DNA of 64,000 nt, taken from contig CAVSFC010000002.1 of the NCBI GenBank assembly GCA_963727255.1, positions 704,001 to 768,000 on the forward strand. Reading direction: 5' to 3'. A model generated the notes under the pieces. It was not told the DNA's origin and did no database searches. It worked only from the letters and a program-made list of their open reading frames with translations. Positions 19,410 to 33,337 of this stretch are shown here, piece after piece. Positions within the stretch are counted from its first letter, which is position 1, and each line of letters begins with the position of its first letter. Position numbers and translations under genes: made by a program. Source of the DNA: an uncultured bacterium. GTDB taxonomy: Bacteria > Babelota > Babeliae > Babelales > Vermiphilaceae.

Positions 19410-20081
19410 CTAGCTGATTTTGCAAACCCCGTTTGTTTCATTCTTTGGTTCGAGCAATGTTTCTAGCTGCTGATACAACTCAAGGGGTAATACTTGTTTT
19501 GCATTGCCTAAAGATAGTTTCTTTTTTGTTATTGCGGTGGCAATGTAATTTAGTGCTTGTTTTCTTAATGATTCTGGTTGTAATGCTTTGCAGATTTTAA
19601 TTGTTGATTTTTCTAATGCATCGCCTTCTAGCACTATAGAAACAGATATATATTGATCATCAAGAGTGATTTCTTTATTTTCGGCGATTGCTTTTATGCT
19701 TGATTGAGAAATAAGATCGCCTATTTTGCTCTTGTAATAGAGCCGAGCATAAAGCAAATTTGTATGTTGATCACGCATGTATTGTTCGAATTCTATGTAA
19801 GGAACTAAATTTGGATCATCGTAATCTCTAATTTCTAGTAATGTTTGACATCCAACAATCCTAATAGCACCTGTTGTCGGTATAAAATAATTATGTTCCA
19901 TTTTTTGGGGAAGTTTATCAATGGGAATTATTTGTCCACCTATGAAGAATCCTAAATTTTTTCCTGTTTTGTTTACTAATTGATCTAAAAAAAGATTTTT
20001 ATTATAGTTTTTATCTTTCTCCATACAATAAGCATTGCTTACAAAAATGAGTAAAATAATACTGCTTAAATAACTTTTCAT
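19410..20081 (-). CDS. Exported hypothetical protein with SOCS-box-like motif and C-terminal CaaX-like CKIS
   Basis: Signal AYC|MEK; PESLRKQALNYI...LPLELYQQL; ends CKIS. Confidence 0.7.
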   Translation of the reverse strand: MKSYLSSIILLIFVSNAYCMEKDKNYNKNLFLDQLVNKTGKNLGFFIGGQIIPIDKLPQKMEHNYFIPTTGAIRIVGCQTLLEIRDYDDPNLVPYIEFEQYMRDQHTNLLYARLYYKSKIGDLISQSSIKAIAENKEITLDDQYISVSIVLEGDALEKSTIKICKALQPESLRKQALNYIATAITKKKLSLGNAKQVLPLELYQQLETLLEPKNETNGVCKIS

Positions 20082-20269
20082 ATACGCCCGATATAGAATT
20101 AATTGGTTATACAATATAAATGAATATAAATTATACCAAACTAAATAAAAGGATTAAGTTTTATTTTTCTTAGCCGATTTTATTAATCATATTTCATGAA
20201 TTAATTGCTGAGCGTGAAAAAAAAGCGATTGCTGCTGTAAATCAATTCGACCATAAAAATTGATGCGCA

Positions 20270-21232
20270 TTATTTTATTTTTATTTGAGCCAATTTATGG
20301 TGCTTAACAACTTGCCACTTGCCATAAAAAACATGTTCACCAGTGCTCGGTTTTTGAAGAAATCTGTTCATTTCATCAAATAGCCCTTGAGAAGGTACAA
20401 AGGGTACTTTTGCTTGACGCAGCCAAAAAATAATAACGCGAGTGCGCAGAATGGGATGCAATGCAAGCAATTTTGCAATGTCAATTTCATTATTTGCGCT
20501 GATTTCTTCAAATGTTTTTTTTGCAAGTAGTTGCAAAAATTCTTCAGCCTGCTGCAATTGTTCATTGGTAGATGCAAAGCTCGCATCAAACCGTTCGTCG
20601 CTGAGTTTTAAGGCGGGGATAACTGAGTTGCGAATTCTGTTGCGGAGATACTCATCTGATTGATTGCTCGCATCAATCGCATAGAGAATTTGGTGAGCGT
20701 GCAGATACTCAAGAACTTCGGCTTTTTTAATCCCCAATAATGGACGAATATACAATCCATCCTTGGGTTTCATTCCCGCAAGGCCAGCCAGCGATGCTCC
20801 GCGAATGAGGCGGATAAAAAAGGTCTCCATTTGATCATCAGCATGATGGGCAACGGCGATGGCATGAGCATTGTGCTCCTTTGCAACTGTTTCAAAAAAT
20901 TGCCGACGCGCTTTGCGGCCAATTTCCTCTTTTGACCCATTAAATTTGAGGTTAAGGGTAAGTTCGCTCATTTTTTTGGAAATCAGCCGAATTCCCAATT
21001 TTTGACACAACTCTTTGCACAATTGCTCATCATTTTCAGCTTCAATGCGCCATTCATGGTTCAAATGGGCGGCAATGAGGGTGAGCCGCTTCTCTTCTTG
21101 CACATGAGCCAGAAAATGGAGCAAAAAGACAGAATCCGGGCCGCCGGAAAGGCCGATTACCAGGGCGGCATTTTCAGGGATGAGGCTCTGAGCAGTGCAG
21201 AAGCGGGAAACTCTTGAAAAAATGGCATTCAT
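20270..21232 (-). CDS. tilS: tRNA(Ile)-lysidine synthetase
   Basis: PP-loop SGGPDS, AHHADDQMET, IRPLL, DASN...LRNRIR. Confidence 0.95.
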   Translation of the reverse strand: MNAIFSRVSRFCTAQSLIPENAALVIGLSGGPDSVFLLHFLAHVQEEKRLTLIAAHLNHEWRIEAENDEQLCKELCQKLGIRLISKKMSELTLNLKFNGSKEEIGRKARRQFFETVAKEHNAHAIAVAHHADDQMETFFIRLIRGASLAGLAGMKPKDGLYIRPLLGIKKAEVLEYLHAHQILYAIDASNQSDEYLRNRIRNSVIPALKLSDERFDASFASTNEQLQQAEEFLQLLAKKTFEEISANNEIDIAKLLALHPILRTRVIIFWLRQAKVPFVPSQGLFDEMNRFLQKPSTGEHVFYGKWQVVKHHKLAQIKIK

Positions 21233-21323
21233 AAATTTTTACAGGTTGACAATTATTTTAATTTATATATTATTATAAGTGTACCTTGTTTTTTTCGAAA
21301 AATACATGGTGGAGGACCTTACT

Positions 21324-22235
21324 ATGATATATATGTTATTTTTTCTTATCACGATGCTTTTTGTTTGTCCGATACAGACTATGGAAATAGATCCTGCTAT
21401 AGATCCTACTAAGGACATAACCTGCATTGTTAGAGATAAATTTGAAAAAGACGTTGGTAAATATAGTGATATTGTATATCAACGATATCCAATAAACCAA
21501 AAATATGTGCACGCATCTCAAGAATTACTGAAAAGAATCAAAGTTGATCCTAAGACAGGAGAATCATTTGTTAAGTTTAAAAAATTTAACACTTCTATGT
21601 TTGCATTTATGATGCCGTGCTTAAAGCTCAATCATCATTTGAGTGAGCCTGGCCTTAATAGAAGAGCTAAAGAGGAAGCAATTCAAAACTTTAATTATTG
21701 GCTTGAGACTTGTGCTGAAGAAAACTTAGTCGATGTCTTTGATGTAACTAATACATTGGATTTGAGTGTGCCACGCATGCTGGCTTTAAGAGTACTTTAT
21801 AAAAAGCTTATGAAAAGTGTTGAAAATGACAAAGGTATTGATTTTCCTTGCAATCGATTTGAAGAAAAGGTAGTAGAATTAAAACGTCGACCACTTTCTA
21901 TGGTTGACCAAGAGTTGCTTCAAATGCACAAAAATATAACAATAGAACAACAGTATAAAGAAAAAAAAGAACAACCATCATGGTTTGCCTGCATTAAAAA
22001 TTTCTTTTATGGCGAAGCTCCCAAAACTACGATTAAAATTGAAAAAGAGCTTCCGAAAAGTACTGCTTTGGTGAAAGTATCTCAACCAACATGGTTGCAG
22101 TTTGCACAGAAAACTTCTCATAAAGCAGCTTTTAAAAACATCAATTTCAATGGTACGCCTTCAGAATCAGAATCACAAAAACTATCATGGCTTGCCTGGG
22201 CAAAAGAAACAATTGCACGCATTCTCTGGCGATAA
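21324..22235 (+). CDS. Hypothetical exported protein
   Basis: GGAGGA RBS; signal IQT|MEI; C-terminal SW/TW amphipathic repeats. Confidence 0.7.
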   Translation: MIYMLFFLITMLFVCPIQTMEIDPAIDPTKDITCIVRDKFEKDVGKYSDIVYQRYPINQKYVHASQELLKRIKVDPKTGESFVKFKKFNTSMFAFMMPCLKLNHHLSEPGLNRRAKEEAIQNFNYWLETCAEENLVDVFDVTNTLDLSVPRMLALRVLYKKLMKSVENDKGIDFPCNRFEEKVVELKRRPLSMVDQELLQMHKNITIEQQYKEKKEQPSWFACIKNFFYGEAPKTTIKIEKELPKSTALVKVSQPTWLQFAQKTSHKAAFKNINFNGTPSESESQKLSWLAWAKETIARILWR

Positions 22236-22257
22236 AAACCAAAGCTCAAATAAAACT

Positions 22258-22296
22258 AAAAGAGCGGCATGATCATCATCATGCCGCTCTTTTTTT
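22258..22296. terminator. Bidirectional Rho-independent terminator
   Basis: aaaagagcggcatga...tcatgccgctcttttttt between convergent genes. Confidence 0.85.
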
Positions 22297-22307
22297 ACTG
22301 AACTAAA

Positions 22308-24767
<2,460 letters not shown>

Positions 24768-24893
24768 TTACCATAAGGCGAGCGCGCACCTGATGTAAAT
24801 AAGTTCTTAAAAATGCTATACTAAAGACATTGTTGTTAATTTTTCTATATATTTTATTATAACAAAATAAATTTTTTTTCTACTTGACTATGC

Positions 24894-25360
<467 letters not shown>

Positions 25361-25365
25361 AAGCA

Positions 25366-25805
25366 GTGAATGAAGCAAAAAAGACTCAAAAAGAATTAGG
25401 ACGTATCAAACAAGAACTTCAAGCACGAAAAATAGAACTTGAGCAAGATTTGGTTCAATCATTACTACAGAGAAATTCTCTGATGATCAGGTGCAAGATC
25501 CGGGCGATCAGGCGCTAACTTCTACGATGGAAAGCTTACGTAGCTCATTGCAAGATACTCGCATTGATGAGTTTAATCGTATTGTAAAAGCACTTAAAAT
25601 GATTGATGAGGGGACTTATGGCATCTGTGTGGATTGCGAGCTGCCAATTTCTGAAAAACGACTGAAACTTTATCCCGATGCTACCCGATGCTTGGCTTGC
25701 CAAGAAGCATTTGAAGAAGGTAAAACAGTACGAAGAATAAGTTTTTATTTCGATTTTTTAAAATCTGCTATATTTCCTTACCTTGAACTATGTAATTATT
25801 TCTGA
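25366..25805 (+). CDS. DksA/TraR C4 zinc-finger protein (frameshifted near N-terminus)
   Basis: DPGDQA, ALKMIDEGTYGICVDCELPISEKRL..YP.ATRCLACQ. Confidence 0.85.
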
Positions 25806-25837
25806 AAAATCTACTTTGAAAATAATGAATAAATTGC

Positions 25838-25910
<73 letters not shown>

Positions 25911-25912
<2 letters not shown>

Positions 25913-26057
25913 GTCTTCGCTCCTTCGGAGCTTCGCCTGACGCAGTCCATTTTTTTAAAGGATTGAACTTGAGATGTTAGCACAATGCGAAGACTGTCCG
26001 GCGAAGCAGCCACTTCTTTAGCGCTTGATATTAACGAAGTGAAAGCGAAGAGGCACT
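25911..26057 (+). repeat. tRNA-linked structured repeat, copy 1
   Basis: cagtcttcgc pairs with gcgaagactg; the 3' ~70 nt is similar to 55153-55227. Confidence 0.65.
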
Positions 26058-26163
26058 AGGCTGCAGTTACCTCGCAAGTAAATTGACATTTTAGCTGATC
26101 CTGCGCTATTCTAGAAAATAATGTATATTTCAGCAAAAAGTAAGGTTATTAGGTTCATTCATT

Positions 26164-26623
26164 ATGATCAAAGCAAAAACTACTGCTCCTACGCGAAAGC
26201 TGCCAAAGCTCCAAAAGCTAAAGTCCGATCAGTTGCTCCTTTGGCACATGGCGTAGGCCGTCGTAAATCATCTGTCGCACGTGTTTGGCTCCGTGCAGGC
26301 AAAGGTGCAATTGTTGTTAATGGCAAAGATTTTAAAGAGTATTTCGATACTGAAGTTACTCGGCTGCAAAGCATCTACTCCATTCCGCGTTCTTCCAGTT
26401 GAATCTCAATTTGATATTGAAGCAAATGTTGATCGGTGGCGGTATTTGTTCTCAAGCAGATGCAGTTAAATTAGGAATTGCACGAGCTATGGTAACGGTA
26501 GATGAAGGATTACGTCCGGCATTGCGTCAGCATGATCTTTTAACCGTTGATTCTCGCGTTAAAGAACGTAAGAAATATGGTCAAAAAGCAGCACGACGTA
26601 AGTTCCAATTCGTAAAACGTTAA
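26164..26623 (+). CDS. rpsI: 30S ribosomal protein S9 (frameshifted)
   Basis: [13 protein letters not shown]...[38 protein letters not shown]. Confidence 0.95.
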
Positions 26624-26730
26624 TTTATTATGGTTCCATTCATCATCTTTGGATCCTCTCAATTCTCACTCAGTGAGTCAGAAGTCATCTGAGCGTCAGA
26701 TACTCGAAAGGTCAGAAAGGATTAAAATCT

Positions 26731-28582
26731 ATGTGTGGCATAGTTGGCTACATAGGTAAAAATTATAGTCGAGCCTTTGTAATGGAAGGATTAAGTAGGC
26801 TTGAATATCGCGGCTATGATTCAGCGGGATTTGCATGCCTTAATCCCAACGATAATAGGTTTCTATATGCAAAATCTCCCGGAAGGCTTCCCAATCTTAC
26901 TGCGACAATTTGATCAGCATCCAATCGATGGCATTTAGGAATTGGCCACACTCGATGGTCTACTCATGGAATCTCTTCCCAAGAAAATGCTCATCCGCAA
27001 TTTGATTGCCAAAAAACTATTTCAATTGTTCACAATGGTATCATTGAAAATCATCATGATCTGCGCTATGCAATTACAAGAAGCAGGTCATATTTTTCAT
27101 TCGCAAACTGATACAGAAGTTGTTGCTCATCTTATTAGAATCTTTACTTGCTGCTCATCAAACGTTTAAAGGTGCACTGATCGATTTGGTGCAGCCAAAT
27201 CGAAGGTGCATATGCATTTGTGGTTGTATTGCAAGATTTTCCTGATCAAATGGTTTTAGTGCGCAAACGATCACCATTGTGCATCGGTATTGGTGATAAT
27301 GAAATGTTTATTGCATCAGATCCGATGGCATTTGCCGGAAAAACAAAAAAAGTAATTTTTATGCCGGATGAAAGTCATTTGCAATTGTAAAAAAAGATAT
27401 GATTGAGCTGTATGATTTTACCGGCAAAGCATTGCCATTGCCTGTGCAAGAATTGCAGCTTGATTGGGATGATCAAGAAAAAAAGGGGCATGAGCATCAT
27501 ATGCTCAAAGAAATTTATGATCAAAAAAATGCAATCTATGGCACTGTCGCATTTTTGCGATCGATCAGTAATCGTATTTGGGATCATATTGGTCTTTCCA
27601 AAGAACAAGCAAAAATCTTGATAAAATTACATTTGATTGGATGTGGCACATCCTGGCATGCAGCGCGCATCGCGCAATTTTTCTTTGAGCAAATTTGCTT
27701 ATTGCCAACACGAGTCAATTTGGCTTCAGAATTTAGATATATGTCATTTTTTCCTGAAAAAAATAGCGCATATATTTTTATTTCTCAATCGGGCGAAACG
27801 GCTGATACGCTAGAAGCATTCGCTTGGTAAATAGTATGGATTTGCCCACTATCGCCTTACCAATGTTCCTTCAAGCACCTTGGTGCGCGAAGCAGATGGA
27901 TTTTTGCTCACTCAGGCAGGCCAAGAGATTGCCGTTGCTTCAACCAAAGCATTTTCAACGCAAATTGCTGCGCTTTATTGGCTTGCGCATCGAATTGCGC
28001 TTGAAAAAGGAATTATTACCGCGCAACAGATGAAACTCGCTGAAGAAGATCTTTTGGTGGTAGCTGAAGTGCTTGAAAATAGCATAGAGAATTATAAACG
28101 TGAAATCATGCAACAATTGGCAAAATTTTATGCGCAGTTTAAAAAAGCAATTTTTTTGGGGCGCCATATTAGTTATCCATTTGCGCTTAGAAGCGGCGCT
28201 CAAGCTAAAAGAAATTTCATATATCTTTGCGCAATGTTATCCGGCAGGTGAATTAAAACATGGCCCGCTTGCACTTAGTTGATGCGCAAACACCGGTATT
28301 TATTTTCTCCCATCAAGATCCACTTATCTATCAAAAATTACTTTCAAATGCGCAAGAAGTAAAAGCGCGTAATGGCCATTTGGTTGCCTTTGTTTTTGAA
28401 GGGCAACATGAAATGCAAGCGCTTGCCGATCAAGTCATTTGTTTTGCCGCGGGTAAAACCACTTCTTGGCCCATCTGGCCATGACTGGCCTGATGCAATT
28501 CTTTGTCTATCAAATTGCTAAAGAGCTTGGCTGCCCCATTGATAAGCCGCGCAATTTAGCAAAATCAGTTACGGTTGAGTGA
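26731..28582 (+). CDS. glmS: Glutamine-fructose-6-phosphate aminotransferase (frameshifted)
   Basis: [68 protein letters not shown]. Confidence 0.95.
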
Positions 28583-29153
28583 TCAGACTTTTTTCGCAGT
28601 TTTCTTTTTCTATGCTTTCTTTTAGTATTTTTAAATAGTTGTTTAGATGATCTCGCAGATCTTGGTGATCAGCGGTTTCTAGTTTTTCCATGGGTGGGTT
28701 GTTTTCGATATGTATTCTGCCGTAAAGAATGTAAGAAAGTTCTCGCAGATTAAATGGTACTTGAGCTTCAGCATGAATGAGATCAGCATCGGTTCGTCGT
28801 GAATGGCATCTGGTACCAAGGCGATAGGCGACGGCCTTTGCATAACGATCGATAACTTTTGCTGTTTCATCAGTTGGTTTCGATTGGTAAAATGTAAGAG
28901 CCGTTGCGCCAATTTTTTTTTGAATAATGGTGTGTCCGCATTCCTTAAAGAGTTTGGGTAGATATGGAATTTCATTAGTAAAGTGCGAATCATGGTCATA
29001 AGCGGGGAATACGCCTCCAAAGTGGAGCATGTGTTCAGCCAGGCTGTAGCTTTTGCCATTTTCGGGAAAAAAAGATTCCTCTTGAGCTTGTTCTTCCATG
29101 GCAAGACTCGTAAGGTTGCTTAACATTAAAAAATAAAATAGCACTTTTTTCAT
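28569..29153 (-). CDS. Hypothetical exported protein
   Basis: Signal SLA|MEE; no family recognised. Confidence 0.7.
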   Translation of the reverse strand: MKKVLFYFLMLSNLTSLAMEEQAQEESFFPENGKSYSLAEHMLHFGGVFPAYDHDSHFTNEIPYLPKLFKECGHTIIQKKIGATALTFYQSKPTDETAKVIDRYAKAVAYRLGTRCHSRRTDADLIHAEAQVPFNLRELSYILYGRIHIENNPPMEKLETADHQDLRDHLNNYLKILKESIEKENCEKSLITQP

Positions 29154-29307
29154 GAGGCATCCTTTTTTTGATTGGCACTTACTTTATCTCCACTTAATCA
29201 TAAATGGTATGAAGGATGCAATGAGCAAAGAATCTTTACGATTTGAAAATTAAGGTTAGAATTATCTATTAAATCAACAATTCAAAAATAAGCACTTCTG
29301 GATACTA

Positions 29308-31695
29308 ATGAATTTTAAACATTTATTGCTGTGCATGCCATTATTTTTTTGCTTTGGCCTTGAGGCGATGCTCGCAGATCGATATCAGCCGGATTCATTA
29401 AAGTATTTAGTGGCACAAAAAATTGCAGTAAAACACTGCAAAACTCTACCATCTGATTTACGGAATTATGTAGTTGCAATTAACAATTATGCGCACCAAA
29501 CTCCAGAACAGGCATTATGCGCAATTGCAGCAGAATCAAGTGCAGATTCGCACGTGCTTGATACCTTTTACGATCGTTGGAAAAATACTCAACTAACATC
29601 AGAAAAGAAAAGTAAAAAGAAATATCCTGAGCTAGATTTGTGTGATAAGATGCTTGATGCAGCAAAAAATCGCAAAAACATGAATGTGATTGAATGGTTG
29701 CATCAAAAGTATCCCGCGCAGGTTGATTATCGGAAGATCTTGCAGCACTTTATAGAAAAGGATGATCCTACTTTAGCTCTTGGTTTGATAGAAAAAATTA
29801 TCAATACATCATCGGTCAATTCGGATCAAGGCAGATGCTTTTCGCGCGGTGGCCAGTTTGGTTATGCGCTTTCGCCAGCTGTTGAAAAAGGATATTTTGG
29901 CCTTGCAGAATTAATGGTATCCAAAGGAGATCGCTTGAATGAGAATGATCCTGTTTGTTTCAAGTGTCTCGAAACTTCCGCTAAATCTAATTCCGCAAAT
30001 AAAGAACTGCTATTAAAAAAAATCAAATTTGCTCTCGATAATGGTGTAGCGATAGATTACCCTGAAAAGGGTAGAGATTGGACTCTACTAATGAAAGTTT
30101 GTCATCTTGATAATTATGAATTAACCAAATTTCTCTTAGATCGTGGAGCTAATCGCTTAGCGCGGAATCAATTTGGTGAAACACCATTGAGACTTACTTT
30201 TGAACTTGGATCAATACAATTGCCCAATATCGATCGCTTTCGAATTATAGACCTTCTTTTACAAAAAAATGCAGCCGAGCAAATATCAAACTGCGATCAG
30301 AATGTTTTGAGCAATGATTTGCTCCATTTGGCAATACAAAACTTTGTGCCGTTTGATACAATTAAATTTTTTGTTGAGAATGGCGCTCCCATTAATGCGA
30401 TAGATAGAAGCACCAAAAATGTATTGCATTATAGCTATTACCTCGATAAAGCTAGCTTAGAATATTTATAAAAAAAAATAGATCCTAGTCTTATAAATGC
30501 GCGTGATCATTCAGGTGAAACGCCACTTATTTCTTGGTTGAATGAGGAGAATGCTCCTGATATTGCAAGCTTTAAGACATTATTAGACCATAGTGCCGAT
30601 GTTAATATTGCAGATTCAAAAGGTAATCGCCCACTACATCTTGCACTTAAAAACTGGTCACTTATATCATCAAGACTTGAATTCATTGAATCATTACTTG
30701 CGAATGGAGCAGATCCGAATGATCCTGATCCGAATCAATTAACGCCTCTGCGGCGTGCAATACAAGCAAATGATCTTGGTTCATTTAAACTGCTGTTAAA
30801 ATTTGGTGCAAATCGATTGCATCCAAACCGAGATAATCACCTACCGCTACCGCTCATTGAAACATTGAGTTATTGTTCAAAAAATAGCCAGCTCGTGCAA
30901 TTTGTTCGGGCGCTCTTGGAAAAAGATGCCGATAAGCAATTGGAGGGTAATAATTATAGGAATGCATTACGAGTTGCACTTGAATATAACCTGCCCGTTG
31001 ATGTAATAAAAGCCCTAGATGAAAAGGGTCCAGGTAACAATACGTTGTCAGCTGCTGATCAAGAAGATTTTTTATTTTCTTTGCCAATTTATAATAGTGG
31101 TGTGATTGAATATGTACTAAGCAAAATAATTAGTAAAAAAAATCTAAATAAGCGCAATTACGATATTATGATGACGCCCTTAGTTTGGTGGCTATTTCGT
31201 TGCGTAAATCGTCCACCGAATGATTATGATCCTATTAAAGATCAGTCGATTGCAAAATTATTTATAGATAAAGATATAAACGTTAATCTTTGTGATAGTA
31301 GAGGCACATCACCATTGCATCTTGCATGCATGCTGCACAATCAGGGGATAATACAATTATTGCTCGAAAAAGGTGCCTATATAGATTGTGTTAATTATGA
31401 AGGTAAAGCCCCTGCAGATTATCTTGAAAATTCTGAAGAAGAGATAGCTAAATTATTTAAACAGTTTAGTAAAAATCGTGTGCCCTGCCTACAGCGCTTT
31501 TTAAGATTTACCAAGATTGGAGATTTAGGGATTTTATTCCCCAATGTTTCTACATTAATGGCCAATGGTATGATGACTGGCCTTGCAATTTCGGGAGGAG
31601 TAACCGCGATATATTTTGCTCCTCAAACATGGTGGAATACCGTTAAACAAGCATTAATCAATGTTAAAAATTTATTGGCACATGAAGAGCAGTAA
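29308..31695 (+). CDS. Exported ankyrin-repeat protein interrupted by one in-frame TAA (30469-30471)
   Basis: ORFs 29308..30471 and 30538..31695 share a frame; the linker reads KKIDPSLINARDHSGETPL; many ankyrin repeats (GETPL, GNRPLHLA, GTSPLHLA). Confidence 0.85.
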
Positions 31696-31700
31696 TTTTT

Positions 31701-33189
31701 TTATTGTTTCTCATTCCTATTGATCTTTACTTCAACCAAATTAAGTTTTTTATTCGAAACAAAAATATCATTAATAAATTCAATTGCTTGTTGGCGAGTA
31801 TGCAGATCAAGGTTGCACTTTTTTTGTGCCGTTGAAAGAAGATTAATAAGCGTGATTGTTTCGCGGAATTGGTTATCGGCAATAAGGGTGGCCTTTGCCC
31901 GTTCAGTCCAATTTTTTATATTGTCTGCTCGAACTAGATGCTGAACTATTCTTTTTTTCTTCATCTTTTCTATCGGTTAAAGTTATATGATTTGGCAAAG
32001 CTTGTTCTCGGCCATAGAATTTTGCAAGCCATTGCGATTGTTCGCTTGGTGGCATGCAGCGTTCAATTTCAAAATCGGGAGTGATGCCTTCAGCTTGAAT
32101 TGAAGTATCATTCGGCAAGAAATAAAGTGAGGTGGTGATTTTGATCGCGCAATTATTGCTGATCGGAATTACTTCTTGAACTGAGCCTTTACCAAATGTC
32201 TTGGTTCCAACTAAGAAGACCATCGGATTATGAACTTTCTTCTTTTTACCATTCAAATTAATTGAATCCGCATGGATTTTTAATGCACCCGCAAGAATCT
32301 CTGCTGCCGAAGCACTATAATTGTTAATTAAAATAAATATTGGAGTGTTGGTGGTGATTGGATCCCGCGTGGTGCGATATTCTTCAGTTACCGTGCCATG
32401 CTTATCTTTGGTTGTCACAACTAAGCTTCCCTTATCAAGAAAAAGCCCGGCAATATCGATAGCAGAGTTAAGCAATCCGCCGCTATTATTACGCAGATCA
32501 AGAATAAGCCCTTTATATTCTTTTTCATGGGCCTTCGTGAGCAGTTGTTCAATTTGGCGCGCTGAAGTATCGGTAAACATATTCAGTGAAAGATAATAAA
32601 TATCTTGATCTTGCAAATAGAAGCAGAGCGAATTTTGCTCCTTGATGATATCGCGCGTGATATCGAATGATAAAATTTCTGGGGCATTTTCTCGCATTAC
32701 TTTTACATGAACTTTGGTGTTGCGTTCCCCCTTGAGCATTGCAGTTGCTTCATCGGTAGACATGCCTTCGAGCGCTTTACTTTCAATTTCCACAATTTTA
32801 TCGAATGGTTTTAGCCCTGCTTTATCAGCAGGACCATCGGGGATCGTATCGATAATTATCAACTGCTTATCTTTTGAGTTACGGGTGTTATCAATTACCA
32901 CCCCAATTCCAAAAAATTCTCCGCTGGTTGCTTCGAGCATATTTTTATACGTTTTAGGATCAAGAAGATTGGAGTGCGGATCGATGCAGCTTAAAAACGT
33001 ATCAATTGATTTGATCATGCATTGTTCTGCATTGCTCACTTTATAGTGCTTTTGATTAGTCAGTTGAAACACTTCTGCAAAAGTCCGGGACCAATTATAA
33101 ACAATCTCATCAAAATTTTGCGGCTTGTCTTTTTGTTCTTCTGCATGGATGAGTGAGCAGGCTATAAGTATTAACACAAATTTCTTCAT
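31701..33189 (-). CDS. ctpA: S41 carboxyl-terminal protease with PDZ domain (frameshift near 31955)
   Basis: DPHS, GIGVVI, GPADKAGL, DLRNNSGG, SASAAEILAGAL, TFGKGSVQ; C-terminal DNQFRETITLI in second frame. Confidence 0.9.
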
Positions 33190-33211
33190 TGTTTTTTCCT
33201 TCTTTTTTTAT

Positions 33212-33293
33212 ACCGTTCGCTTCGAGTGAGGCCATTTTGCCGAATCGAGAAGGCAGATCTCTCGACTCACTCTGTGCGCTCGAGACGAACGGT
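33212..33293. repeat. REP-like palindromic element
   Basis: accgttcg...cgaacggt hairpin; its first 21 nt are the exact reverse complement of 35557-35577. Confidence 0.8.
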
Positions 33294-33337
33294 GTTCCTT
33301 TTCATCCTGAGTAGCATCGAAGATGCATCACGAAGTA

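Noticed and set aside
26624..26730. glmS ribozyme upstream of glmS
   Set aside because: No AGCGCC cleavage-site or GACGAGG core motifs; spacer only ~105 nt
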